From positions 38,813-102,812 of the forward strand of contig JAZJZE010000002.1 in the NCBI GenBank assembly GCA_040390065.1: a stretch of DNA of 64,000 nucleotides, given 5' to 3'. A program made the position numbers and the translations under genes. Below the pieces are notes generated by a model, which was given only the letters and a program-made list of their open reading frames with translations, made no database searches and was not told where the DNA came from. Numbering within the stretch: the first letter of the stretch is position 1; the number at the start of each line of letters is the position of its first letter. This document shows positions 35,482 through 45,255 of this stretch, piece after piece. The stretch is from a bacterium. Its GTDB lineage: Archaea; Thermoplasmatota; E2; JACPAO01; JAHFTW01.

Positions 35482-37523
35482 AACCATTCTGGGCAACTCG
35501 CCTCGTGCAAGTTGCATGCGTCCTTGCCCTCGCCGCGCCGCTGTCCATCCCGACGCCGGCTGCCGCGGCACCCACGCGCGCCCTGGCCATCACGAACGCA
35601 AGCGCGCACCCGACCGTTCCGTTTGCGGGCTTCGACGGCAACCCGCCCAAGGTCTTCGACGTCAACGGCGACGGCCGCCTCGAGATCATCGCCCAGAACG
35701 ACAACCAATGGGTGTACGTCTTCGACTCGGCGTCAGGGGCCATCCTGTTCCAGGCGACGACGACGCTGCCGCCGGGCTGGGGGGCGCGTAGCTTCAATGG
35801 CCCCGAGGTGGCCCTCATGACGCAAGGCGGCGCAGTCCACCTCGTGGTCGCCAACTCGGCGGCCACCGTCACGATGTTCCGCTTCGATGCCGTCGCGAGC
35901 ACCAGCACGCACTTCGCCTTCGTGAAGGAGTGGGAACGCCGACTGTCAGACTGCTTCTCCACGCCGGGGATGGACGCCAAGCCTGTCCTGGCCGACCTCG
36001 ACGGCGACGGCACGTTCGAGATCATCGCCGCCACGGAGGAGCAAGGCATCTATGCGCTGCGAGCCAACGGCCAGGTCTTGTGGAAGAACTGCATGGGCGG
36101 CGGCAACGCGGAGCCCGGCATCGGCGACTTGAACCGCGATGGCACACCCGACATCGTGTACGGCTCCGACGGTGGCATCGTCTCCGCCCTGGACGGCCGC
36201 ACCGGGTCGTTCCTCTGGACCTACAACGTGCTTGCCCACTTCAACCTGGGTTCAGGCAGCATGCCCGTGGGGCCCGCCGTTGCGCAGTTGGATGGGTTGG
36301 CAGGCCCGGACGTCGTGGTCGGCGCACGCGACAGCCACGACGCGTCGAACTGGTCGAACGACCACGCCTTGCTTCTCGCCCTCGACTCGAGCGGCCGCCT
36401 GCTGTGGGGCCGCCAGGACCCGCAAGGCAACCCACTGACGTACAGCCATGCCGTCGTGGCCGACGCAGCAGGCGACGGCGTACCCGAGGTGTATTGGGGC
36501 GACTGGAACACGATCGGCCACAAGCCGCCGTTCGACGAGTCGCAGGCCTGGAAAGGCACGGGCCCCGCGCACTTCTACCGATATGACCGCTCGGGGAACC
36601 TGGTTTGGCGCCAGACTCTCGGCACCTGGTGGAGCAACAAGGACGTCCCACTGGCCGACGTCGACGGGGACGGGGTCCAGGACATGATCGCCAATGGCCC
36701 GAATGCAGGCGGCCACGACGGCTTGTGGTCCCTCGACTCGCGCACCGGCGCCAAGGAATCCTTCGTCGACCTCTGGCCGTGGAAGCTCGCCCGTGCCCCC
36801 GTCGTCGCCGACCTGGCCGGAAACGGCATGATGCAACTCGTCGCCGAAGTGGGCCAGCTCGACCCGTCTGCCGGCGGCGCGGCCATCCTCGTCTACGACA
36901 CCGGCAAGCCCTACAGTTCGGCGTGGCCACACCTGCCGTACCCGACTGTCGGCCCAGCGCCCCCGCCATCCGGCTTCTTCAACGCGACGTTCACCATCAA
37001 GGCCCCGAATGCGTGGTGGCAGGAACTCACCGTCACGCCGCAGACGCCGCGCACCATCACGCAGGCGCAAGTCCGCGTGTCCGGCGGCGCGTGGCTCCCA
37101 ATGTCCAAGAGCTCCTGGGGGGCGTGGACGTCGTCCTACCATACCGTGGCTGGGACGAAGGTGGAATTCCTCGCCACCTCATCGGACGGCGCGCAGTCGC
37201 AGAGCCAGCCGTTTACGTGGCTCGACGGCAACCTGTCCCATGGAAGTGTCCCGCCCGGCTCGCCGCCGCCGTCCTCCTTTTCGGCGACGTTCTCGCCCTC
37301 ATCCAACATCAACGAGTGGTGGGTCGAGGTGGCCGTCACCGCATCCGACCCGCTTGCCAAGGTGGAGGCCAACGTCAACGGCGGCCCGTGGACCGGCCTC
37401 GACGCAACGAGTTGGGGGACTTGGGCCAAGAGCTTCCACGTCGCAAGCGGCTCCGCCGTGCAGTTCCGTGCAACGAGCACCTCGGGCGACGCGGCGACAA
37501 GCAGCACGTACACCTGGCCGTGA
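35478..37523 (+). CDS. Secreted FG-GAP propeller protein with two C-terminal Trp-rich (expansin CBM63-like) domains
   Basis: Signal peptide; DVNGDGRLE, DLDGDGTFE, DLNRDGTPD, DVDGDGVQD; tandem N.WW.E..V.....V.GG.W..(M/L)...SWG.W..S.H...G..V.F.ATS..G. Confidence 0.8.
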   Translation: MKPFWATRLVQVACVLALAAPLSIPTPAAAAPTRALAITNASAHPTVPFAGFDGNPPKVFDVNGDGRLEIIAQNDNQWVYVFDSASGAILFQATTTLPPGWGARSFNGPEVALMTQGGAVHLVVANSAATVTMFRFDAVASTSTHFAFVKEWERRLSDCFSTPGMDAKPVLADLDGDGTFEIIAATEEQGIYALRANGQVLWKNCMGGGNAEPGIGDLNRDGTPDIVYGSDGGIVSALDGRTGSFLWTYNVLAHFNLGSGSMPVGPAVAQLDGLAGPDVVVGARDSHDASNWSNDHALLLALDSSGRLLWGRQDPQGNPLTYSHAVVADAAGDGVPEVYWGDWNTIGHKPPFDESQAWKGTGPAHFYRYDRSGNLVWRQTLGTWWSNKDVPLADVDGDGVQDMIANGPNAGGHDGLWSLDSRTGAKESFVDLWPWKLARAPVVADLAGNGMMQLVAEVGQLDPSAGGAAILVYDTGKPYSSAWPHLPYPTVGPAPPPSGFFNATFTIKAPNAWWQELTVTPQTPRTITQAQVRVSGGAWLPMSKSSWGAWTSSYHTVAGTKVEFLATSSDGAQSQSQPFTWLDGNLSHGSVPPGSPPPSSFSATFSPSSNINEWWVEVAVTASDPLAKVEANVNGGPWTGLDATSWGTWAKSFHVASGSAVQFRATSTSGDAATSSTYTWP

Positions 37524-37527
37524 TGCC

Positions 37528-38715
37528 ATGGAGCCGTTGCGCCTGACCCTCGTCTCCCCATTCGACCCGAGCCCGCCGGAACGCGCCGACCGCCGAGCCC
37601 ACGTCGGCGGCGTCGAACGCGCCTACCTTGAGACCGCCCGCCTGCTTGCGGCGCGGGGCCATGACGTCACCCTCGTCTGCTCGAGTGCCGGTCGCCACAA
37701 CGTGGCCGTGGAGCACGGCGTCCTCATGGTGCGTCGGCCGCGACGCATGACAATCCTTCGCGCCCCCGTGGCGAGCCTCGCCAAGGAAATCGGCCGCGAC
37801 GGCGGCCTCGTCCAGGTCGCGGCAACGTACCCGTTCACGACGGGCCCGGTGCTGCGCCGTGCGCGCCGCCTCGGGCTTCCAGCAGTGCTGGACTTCCACT
37901 TCGAACCCGTGCCCGGGAGCGTGCTTGGCCGCCTCGGAGCCGCCGCCTTCCGCCGCGCAGGGCCGCGCGCCTATTCCCTGGCCGACGCCGTCATCGTACG
38001 CTCCCTTGGCTATGCGCAGAGCGCCCCGAGCCTGGCGAACGTGCCGCCGTCGGCCCTCCGCGTCGTTCCCAACGGCATCGCCACCGAACGCTTCCGGCCC
38101 GCCTCGGACGCAACCCGCGAAGGCCACATCCTCTTCGTCGGGCGGCTGGTCCCATACAAGGGCCTCGACGTCCTGCTGGACGCCCTGCACGGCCTGCGAG
38201 CCCGCGTTCCGCTGGTGGTGGCCGGGGACGGGCCGCTGCGCCGCCGACTGGAAGGCAGAGCCCGACGGCTTGGCCTCCCCGTGCGATTCCTCGGGCGGGT
38301 GCCAGACGACGCCCTACCTCGCCTCTACCAACAGGCGGAAGCCACCGTCCTGCCCAGCGTCAACAGCCAGGAAGCGTTCGGCATCACGCTGCTCGAGAGC
38401 ATGGCATGCGGGACGCCCGTCATCGCGTCGGACCTTCCGGGCGTCGGCATGGTTGCCCGCCTGGGCGGCGTCGTCGCCCGCCCCGCAGATGCGCGCAGCC
38501 TCGCGGGCGCCATCCGGGCCGCACTCTCTGGCCCGCCGCTTCCGCGGGGCCGAGCGCTCGCCGACCGCATCCACGCCGACTTCTCGTGGTCTGCCGTGAC
38601 GGACCGCCTCGAAAGCGTGTACAAGGAGGTCCTTGCCGCCCATGCGGACCGGGGTCGCTCGGGCGGCCGGGAGGTGACAAGCCATGCGCATCCTCGCGGC
38701 CAGCCCGTACTATGA
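37528..38715 (+). CDS. GT4 glycosyltransferase
   Basis: GGVE, PNGI, LFVGRLVPYKGL, EAFGITLLESMACGTPVIAS. Confidence 0.92.
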   Translation: MEPLRLTLVSPFDPSPPERADRRAHVGGVERAYLETARLLAARGHDVTLVCSSAGRHNVAVEHGVLMVRRPRRMTILRAPVASLAKEIGRDGGLVQVAATYPFTTGPVLRRARRLGLPAVLDFHFEPVPGSVLGRLGAAAFRRAGPRAYSLADAVIVRSLGYAQSAPSLANVPPSALRVVPNGIATERFRPASDATREGHILFVGRLVPYKGLDVLLDALHGLRARVPLVVAGDGPLRRRLEGRARRLGLPVRFLGRVPDDALPRLYQQAEATVLPSVNSQEAFGITLLESMACGTPVIASDLPGVGMVARLGGVVARPADARSLAGAIRAALSGPPLPRGRALADRIHADFSWSAVTDRLESVYKEVLAAHADRGRSGGREVTSHAHPRGQPVL

Positions 38716-39811
38716 ACCGGAGGGTGGCGGCCTCGAACGGTACGAGCACGAGATCCTCAAGCGCCTTGCCGCACGCGGCCACGACGTGCACGCCGTCGCC
38801 TTCACGCGCCGCAGCTTGCCGGACCGCCTGCGCGACGGCGTGGCGGTGCAACGCATGGCTCCCGCTTTCACCGTAGGCAACACGCCAATCCACCCGCGCC
38901 TTGCCTCACACCTTACGCGCATGGTGCGCCGCATCGAGCCGGACGTCATCGTGGGCCACACTCCCGTGCCGTACACTGCGGAACGTGCAAGCCGTGTTGC
39001 CCAGCGCATGGGGCGTCCCTTCGTCGCCACGTACCACGCAGGGCGGCTGCATGGCAGCTCGCGGACCCTCGAAGCCCTCGCCGCACTCGACCGCGCCACC
39101 GCCGAGCGTCGCATGCTGGGCACAAGCGCCGGCCTCATCGCCGTCAGCCCCTTCGTGCGGGACCATGCCCTGGCGCGCCATCGTGACCGGGTGACGGTTG
39201 TCCGACCTGGCGTCGATACCAATCGCTTCTGTCCAAACGGACTCCGCGTGACGCACGACATCCTGTTCGTCGGCCCGCTCTCCTCCCGCTACCGCTGGAA
39301 GGGCGTCGACGTCCTGTGGCGCGCCTTCCAACTCGTGCGGACACGCATGCCCGAGGCGGGCTTGGTCCTGGTGGGGAGAGGCGACCGTCTGGCGGAGTTC
39401 CGGCGCCGAGCGGCGCATGACGGAGACCGCATCCGCCTGCCGGGCCACGTCACCGAGAACGACCTCGTCGAGGAGTACCGGCGTGCGGCCATGCTCGTGC
39501 TGCCGAGCACGACGGACGCGGAGGCGTTCGGTCTGGTGCTCGCGGAGGCGAACGCCTGCGGCCGCCCTGTCATCGGCTCACGCGTCGGCGGCATCCCCGA
39601 CTTCGTGCGGCACGGCGACAACGGGTTGCTCTGCGACATCGGCGACCCAAGCGACCTGGCGGACCGAATCGTCGAAGTGCTGGCCGACCCCCAGCGGGCG
39701 ACGGCGATGGGAGCCAACGGCCGTGCCCGCGTCGTCGCCGAGCACGATTGGGACAAGGCTGCTGACGCGACCGAGACCGTCCTCGAGCGGGCCCGCAGCT
39801 CGCCAGGCTAG
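38684..39811 (+). CDS. GT4 glycosyltransferase
   Basis: MRIL...YY.P..GGLE, PGVD, KGVD, EAFGLVLAEANACGRPVIGS..GGI. Confidence 0.92.
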   Translation: MRILAASPYYEPEGGGLERYEHEILKRLAARGHDVHAVAFTRRSLPDRLRDGVAVQRMAPAFTVGNTPIHPRLASHLTRMVRRIEPDVIVGHTPVPYTAERASRVAQRMGRPFVATYHAGRLHGSSRTLEALAALDRATAERRMLGTSAGLIAVSPFVRDHALARHRDRVTVVRPGVDTNRFCPNGLRVTHDILFVGPLSSRYRWKGVDVLWRAFQLVRTRMPEAGLVLVGRGDRLAEFRRRAAHDGDRIRLPGHVTENDLVEEYRRAAMLVLPSTTDAEAFGLVLAEANACGRPVIGSRVGGIPDFVRHGDNGLLCDIGDPSDLADRIVEVLADPQRATAMGANGRARVVAEHDWDKAADATETVLERARSSPG

Positions 39812-39818
39812 CGAAGAC

Positions 39819-40853
39819 TCACTGCAAGGTGGCGTGACGCAACGCCTCGAGGGTGCGGATGGGGCGGGCACCGGGCGCCGCCACCTCACGGAGGAGTTTG
39901 TGGGCCTCGGCGGCAGGAATCTTGCCGTCGCGAGCCGCGCGCAGCAGTTTGAGCGTCGCGACACGGATTTGCCCGGTGGGATGCGGCGCCATGCGATGGG
40001 CCCCAGGGACCAGCGGGGCTCGCCACATGTACCAAAGCCGCTCGGCCAGGCCGTCGCGGCGACCATACGCATCCAGGGTCGGCAGGCCCGCGTGGCGCAA
40101 TGCGGCGGGGACGGCGTCGAGGACCGCAGCGCGTGCGCTGCGCCATGCGGCCCACGGGTCGGCGATGCGCGCCTGAGCGGGGTCGACCTTGCGCACGTAG
40201 GCCCAGCGCAGGGCGTCGCCAAACGGCACGAGGGCGGCCGGCGCGGCACCGTCGGCCACCAAGCCATTGTAGATTGCCCAACGCTCGGTCTGGCTAGGGG
40301 CAAAGCGCCCCAAGGCAAGCAGGTGCGCGTCCAACGCCGCAAGCAGGGCCTTGCTGGACTGGATCTGCAGGTCGTGCGGGTGTCCCTCCTCGGCGGCAAT
40401 CAGCAAGCCCGCGGCGCGGTTGACGAGCAGCCGAAGACCTTCGCGGCGGTCGAGTTGCGAGGGCGTCCGCACGCGGATGCGCCCCAACAGGTTGTCCCCC
40501 CACAGCACGCGGCCCCGGGCGCGCGTCTCGTACCAGAAGATGGAACGGGACACAAAGCGCAGGCGGGCGACTCCGACGGGCGCGAGGTCGACGTGCATGC
40601 GCAGTCGGTCCTCGAGCGTCAACCGCATGCGGCGGTACGAGACGCGCGCCGGGCCGATGCCGCGCAATGCGACGAGGTCGTAGTCGTTCTGCGGCTGCCC
40701 ATCCAACACGGCCCCCTCGCCGCGGGCAAACGCACCGGTCAGAACAAGCGAACGCAGGGCGGGGTCGCCGGCGCGTACGATCCGGACCGCGGCCGCCAGG
40801 TCGGTCTCCACGCGCGCGACAAGGGCCGGCGTGTCGTGCACCGTGTAAGCCAT
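39819..40853 (-). CDS. Pol-beta-superfamily nucleotidyltransferase-domain protein with helical C-terminus
   Basis: LVLTGAFARGEG.......NDYDLV (hG[S/A]..RG...DxD), later HVDL; EG.RLL.NR helical motif. Confidence 0.72.
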   Translation of the reverse strand: MAYTVHDTPALVARVETDLAAAVRIVRAGDPALRSLVLTGAFARGEGAVLDGQPQNDYDLVALRGIGPARVSYRRMRLTLEDRLRMHVDLAPVGVARLRFVSRSIFWYETRARGRVLWGDNLLGRIRVRTPSQLDRREGLRLLVNRAAGLLIAAEEGHPHDLQIQSSKALLAALDAHLLALGRFAPSQTERWAIYNGLVADGAAPAALVPFGDALRWAYVRKVDPAQARIADPWAAWRSARAAVLDAVPAALRHAGLPTLDAYGRRDGLAERLWYMWRAPLVPGAHRMAPHPTGQIRVATLKLLRAARDGKIPAAEAHKLLREVAAPGARPIRTLEALRHATLQ

Positions 40854-40855
40854 GG

Positions 40856-42139
40856 TTACGGCCTTGCCTTCGGGGGCGCGGCGGCCACGCGCAGGCCGGG
40901 CCGTTCGCGCACGACGTCGCCAAGCAGGCTGTGCCCTTCCTGGCCGTCGGGCGTGGGCACGGCGAGGAGTGCGCACAAGGTCGGGAATACGTCGACCAGC
41001 GGTCGCCGGCCAACGTCCTTCGGACCTGCCAGGCCGTCGCTGGACAGCAAGGCCATCATGCCGTGCGTCTCGTCCGCCTTGTCGAGGTAGCCGTGCATGC
41101 CGCGGATGACCGAGTCCTTGACGTGGAAGTAGTCGGGCCAGAACAACACGCCTCGGTCTGCTGCGAGCATGCGGTCCCCCCACCGACGGTCCATGGGGAT
41201 GCGCAGGTGGCGACGTTCGTCGTCAGGCAGGACGCGTGTGCCTGGGATGGTAGGCAAGACAGCCTCGACTTCGCGCCGGCCCGCATCAGTCAGATACCAG
41301 AAGACGGCAAGGGTGCTGTTGACGAAGACGACGTAGTCCTTGGCAGGCCGCGCGTGGCATTTGCGCAAGGCATGCAGCAGGTCCACCCGGCGTTCGACTT
41401 GCCCCATGCCGTGGTCGCCGCACACGAACAGGTCCCAGGAATCGTAGCCGGCCCCGAGTGCTGCGTGGATGCTGGCGAGCCGACGGTCGAGACGGCGCAG
41501 GAACCCATCGCGCATTGCGGCTGCGTGCGGCCCGTGCTTGTGGCCTTGCTGGTCGGTCACGCTGAACTGCGCCACGTACAGGTCATACGGGGCGCCGGCC
41601 CGCAAGTCGCGCACCAGGAGGTCGTGCACTTCGTCGTCGTCGCCGCTCACGGGATGGGCCAGGTAGCGGAAATTCAGTCCATGGGCACGGCACAAGTCGA
41701 AGATGCTCGTTGCCCGGAGTGCACCCGGCTCGTAGATTGGCCGCATGTCCTCGCACATGGCAAAGAACGGGAGGAAGCGCGGGGGGATCCACGCGGGGTC
41801 GGTGTGGAAGGCGCCCGTGCGCCACTTGGTGATGCGTTGGATGGCCATGCGCGCCGGGAACATCAGCTTGCGCGGGCGGACCAGGTTCCCGACGGGCCCG
41901 AGGCCGCGCACCCAACGGAACGGCGAGCCGTCGGGATCGAAGACGAACTGGCTGAAGTTGCCGGACGTGTCGGGGTACTGCCCGGAGAACATCACGGTGC
42001 GCTGCGCGAAGCCGGGCGGACTCTCGAACGATCCCGTGACGGCGTCCCGCGACAGGCGGTGCAGGAACGGCATGGACGATTCGCTGACGTAGTCGAATCG
42101 TCCGGCATCGATGATGAGGAAGACGGTTGCGTGGGTCAT
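40856..42139 (-). CDS. Alkaline-phosphatase-superfamily protein (NPP/phosphodiesterase or phosphotransferase-like)
   Basis: FLIIDAGRFDY, D..GHKHGP, CGDHGM, RGMHGY, VDVFPTL; no signal peptide. Confidence 0.85.
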   Translation of the reverse strand: MTHATVFLIIDAGRFDYVSESSMPFLHRLSRDAVTGSFESPPGFAQRTVMFSGQYPDTSGNFSQFVFDPDGSPFRWVRGLGPVGNLVRPRKLMFPARMAIQRITKWRTGAFHTDPAWIPPRFLPFFAMCEDMRPIYEPGALRATSIFDLCRAHGLNFRYLAHPVSGDDDEVHDLLVRDLRAGAPYDLYVAQFSVTDQQGHKHGPHAAAMRDGFLRRLDRRLASIHAALGAGYDSWDLFVCGDHGMGQVERRVDLLHALRKCHARPAKDYVVFVNSTLAVFWYLTDAGRREVEAVLPTIPGTRVLPDDERRHLRIPMDRRWGDRMLAADRGVLFWPDYFHVKDSVIRGMHGYLDKADETHGMMALLSSDGLAGPKDVGRRPLVDVFPTLCALLAVPTPDGQEGHSLLGDVVRERPGLRVAAAPPKARP

Positions 42140-42148
42140 GGGGGCACT

Positions 42149-43108
42149 TCAGTGGCCGGGCTCCGGCCCGGGTGTTTCTTGCGGACCCCCTGGGGCCCGC
42201 GACGTTGCGCCGGCGACGAGTCCGGCAAGGAATACGAGGTCGAAGATGGGACTTAGAAGGACGCCCAGCACGCGGGCCATGGCGGGCATTCCCTTGTGCG
42301 GACGCAGGGCGCGTCGCAGGGTCGGAAGCCATAGGAGAACCATGAGGGCAAGGAGGGCGGCGGGCGTCGGAAAGGCGACGACAAGGAGGAGCAGGGCGGC
42401 AAGGGCAATGCCCCACGAGGCGTGCGCGGGCCAGCCGATTGTGCTTGCATACATGGCGCATCCAATTCCTTCACGGAGGTTCTTGCGCAGTTCGGCGCGG
42501 GCCGATCCGACGTCGTGGTGGTGGACGACGAGGGCCGGGTCGTACGTCGCAGACGCCCCATCCCGCACGGCGCGCCGGGCCAGCAGGAGGTCCTCGGCGG
42601 CATTGGCCCAAGGGTCGAACGGGTGCTGCAGGAGGATGTTCTTGCGGTAGGCCGCCGCGACGTTCGAGGCGTAGCGCAGCGGCTGCTCGACCCGGGATTC
42701 GGGGAAGGCGTACCGCAGACCGCGCACGGCGGCGCCGACTCCCCATCGGCGCGGGGCGTGCACCTGGCGGCTGAACGCCATGTCGTGTCCCTCGAGTGCT
42801 TGCAGCGCACGGGCGGCCCAGTTAGGGTCCAGTTCTGCATCCGCACTGAGGAAGGCGACTGCGTCGGCCCGTGCAACGGCGACGCCGAGATTGCGGGCCT
42901 CGCCGATGGGCAGACGGTGCGGCGCATCGACGAGGCGCAGCGGGACGGGGAAGGACCGTTGGGCCGCGCGCACCGCGGCGACCGTGCCATCGGTGCTGGC
43001 GGCATCCACGACGATGACCTCGATGAGCTGCTCCGACTGCGCCGCAAGCGATCCGAGGCAAGCGGCAATGGAGCGTTCCTCATTCCATGTGAGCACGACC
43101 ACCGACAT
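42149..43108 (-). CDS. GT2 glycosyltransferase with C-terminal TM helices
   Basis: SVVVLTWNEE, VDAASTDGT, ARNLG, FLSADA, AEDLLL; start may be TTG at 43123. Confidence 0.88.
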   Translation of the reverse strand: MSVVVLTWNEERSIAACLGSLAAQSEQLIEVIVVDAASTDGTVAAVRAAQRSFPVPLRLVDAPHRLPIGEARNLGVAVARADAVAFLSADAELDPNWAARALQALEGHDMAFSRQVHAPRRWGVGAAVRGLRYAFPESRVEQPLRYASNVAAAYRKNILLQHPFDPWANAAEDLLLARRAVRDGASATYDPALVVHHHDVGSARAELRKNLREGIGCAMYASTIGWPAHASWGIALAALLLLVVAFPTPAALLALMVLLWLPTLRRALRPHKGMPAMARVLGVLLSPIFDLVFLAGLVAGATSRAPGGPQETPGPEPGH

Positions 43109-44378
43109 GCGGGGCTGGGGCAAGGCGCGACACCTCCGGATGCGAAGACCACAGGCGGAGGGCCGCGTAGATCCCGAAAGGCGCGTTCGCAAGCAGCCAC
43201 GCCCAGGCAACGCCAGCGAGGCCGAATCGGCTGGCCATCGGGGGCACGGCAAGGGCGAGGGCGAGGATCATAAGGAGCGGCAGGACGACGAGAGCCGTGG
43301 AACGTTCGCGGGCGCGAAGGACGGCAAGGTAGAGGTACGTCGGGCCGACGAAGACCACGCTTGCCGCCAGGACTGCGAGGGCGGGGGCGGCGGCAGCGTA
43401 CGGGGGCCCGAACAACTGCAGCAGGGGCGTCGACGACGCGGCGGCCAAGACCGCGGCGGGGACCACTACAAACAGCATGTGGCGGGCGGCGCGACGGACC
43501 GCAACCGTCGTGGTGCCGGGGCCGCCGCGTACCATCTCGGACAAGGCGCTGCGGCTGATGGCGGCTGCGGCGAGGAACAGCAGGGATGCCGCCGTCCACG
43601 CCATGCCGAAATAGGCGGCGGCAGCCGGACCACGCAGCGCCAGGACGATTGGCACCAGAATGAGGCCCGGAAGGAATTCGGCGGCGGAACCGGACACGTT
43701 GCGTAGCGCGCTTGCGACGACCTCGCGCCGTGGCACGCTCCGGCCGGCGCGTTCCGGGATGTGCCGGGTGAAGGCCCAGGCGGCAAGCACAGAGGCGACC
43801 AGCGCCAGCGCCCATGCGAGTGCCACGGGTTGCGGGGCCGCCAGCCAGACGAGGGGAAGCGGAAGGGCAATGCGGACGACGCACAGGACGAGGTTGCGCT
43901 GGAACGCAAGACGGGCGTCGCCTTCTGCGAGGAAGTAGGCGTCCTGCAGCCAAGTCACGACGAGGGCGACGGCCGTGAGGCCCGCCAGGAACCATGCCGT
44001 ATCGTCGAACGCGGCAAAGGCGGCGCTGCCGTGGGCGGCGACTGCAAGGATGGCCACGAGGGCCGCGGCCAGCGAGCCCCCCAAGACGATGGCGAAGCGG
44101 ACGACGCGACCGGCTGCCTGACTGCTCGCGCCGGGGACGCAGCGCAGCACTGCCGTGTCCAGACCGCCCTTTGCCAGCACGGCGGCCAGCGTGGCAAGGG
44201 CAACGACGCCATACCCGACGCCGACGGCGGACGGTGGCAGGCCCGACCAGCGCGCGAAGAGCATCCAGAAGAGGAGACCGGCTGCGGCTCCTGCCACGCC
44301 GTTCAGCATCAGGTACGCAGCGTTCTGGCCCTGAGACCGCCATCCGCGGCCCCCGTGCGAGGCGGCGTCGTCGTCCAT
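43080..44378 (-). CDS. Wzx-like oligosaccharide flippase (MOP superfamily)
   Basis: About 12 TM helices; G..FW...AR, GL..A..R..P, P.....L.G...AAYF..AW, FG..Y, FGLAGVA.AW. Confidence 0.85.
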   Translation of the reverse strand: MDDDAASHGGRGWRSQGQNAAYLMLNGVAGAAAGLLFWMLFARWSGLPPSAVGVGYGVVALATLAAVLAKGGLDTAVLRCVPGASSQAAGRVVRFAIVLGGSLAAALVAILAVAAHGSAAFAAFDDTAWFLAGLTAVALVVTWLQDAYFLAEGDARLAFQRNLVLCVVRIALPLPLVWLAAPQPVALAWALALVASVLAAWAFTRHIPERAGRSVPRREVVASALRNVSGSAAEFLPGLILVPIVLALRGPAAAAYFGMAWTAASLLFLAAAAISRSALSEMVRGGPGTTTVAVRRAARHMLFVVVPAAVLAAASSTPLLQLFGPPYAAAAPALAVLAASVVFVGPTYLYLAVLRARERSTALVVLPLLMILALALAVPPMASRFGLAGVAWAWLLANAPFGIYAALRLWSSHPEVSRLAPAPHVGGRAHME

Positions 44379-44388
44379 CGCCCACCGC

Positions 44389-45102
44389 CTAGGCGGCCGC
44401 GGGTGCTTGGTCGCTCGCGGGTGCGCCTGCGTCGGGCCCGTCCGGGGGCGATGGAACTGTCAAGGGGTGCTCGGCCTGGGCAGCAAGCACACGCCGCACG
44501 AAATCCTCGTTGGCAAGCGCGTACCACGTCCCGTCACGGCCCCGCTCCTTGCGCAGGTCTCCGGAGCGCACCATGCGGTGGAGGTGGTATCCGAGCGTCG
44601 AGTCGGCGCAGCCCAGGCGCCGCCGCAATTCCGTGCGACCGAGGGGACCCGTCATGAGGATGCGACCGATGCGGCGCGGCACGGCCCGCGAGAAGCGGGC
44701 AAGTCCCGGGCGCAGGTCCGGAGTATGGTCGGCGGCCGCGAAGAAGCGGCGGTAGCGCCCGTCCTCCACTTCGACGACGGCCCCTTGCCGTTCCAGGCGG
44801 TCCAGATGGTGCCGCAATTGGCCGGCCGACGAGAGGAGTGCAGCGCGTCCAAGGCCGCGGAAATGGATGCCCGGATTGTCCCTCACGATGCCGTAGATTC
44901 GGTGGCCAACGTCGCCGGCAGGGGGCACGTTTGCGCTGGCCGGGGAGATGGGGCGCGGCCGGGGAGGGCGGGCGAGGCGCGACGGAGCCGGGAAGGACAC
45001 CGATGGCTCGGCGCGGGCCGGCAGTCCAACGTCGTTGCCAAGGGGCACTTGCCCCGGCAACACGGGTGCTGCGGTCTCTGGTTCAAGCGTGTCGTCGGCC
45101 AT
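44389..45102 (-). CDS. Double winged-helix transcriptional regulator (COG3398-like)
   Basis: RIY..V..NPGIHFR.L......GQLRHHL..LE..G; second wHTH TEL...LG...STL.YHL..M. Confidence 0.82.
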   Translation of the reverse strand: MADDTLEPETAAPVLPGQVPLGNDVGLPARAEPSVSFPAPSRLARPPRPRPISPASANVPPAGDVGHRIYGIVRDNPGIHFRGLGRAALLSSAGQLRHHLDRLERQGAVVEVEDGRYRRFFAAADHTPDLRPGLARFSRAVPRRIGRILMTGPLGRTELRRRLGCADSTLGYHLHRMVRSGDLRKERGRDGTWYALANEDFVRRVLAAQAEHPLTVPSPPDGPDAGAPASDQAPAAA

Positions 45103-45255
45103 GCGCGTCCTCTTTGAAGGCGAGGGAGCATAACCGCTTGGCCGGCGGCAAGAAGGCAATCGCATTCGTTCGGGTCGCGGCCACCGACATGGCGCGGGCC
45201 GCCGGGCGGCGCCGTTTGCGCAACAACCAAAAACCCCCCCCTCGTCGGCCAAGGC

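Noticed and set aside
39819-40853. CBASS CD-NTase or MNT-HEPN toxin-antitoxin
   Set aside because: No effector or HEPN partner; the gene is coupled to AlkP, GT2 and a flippase
43080-43123. Frameshift or pseudogene at the flippase/GT2 overlap
   Set aside because: Both frames are intact; short overlaps also occur between the GT4 genes (38684-38715)
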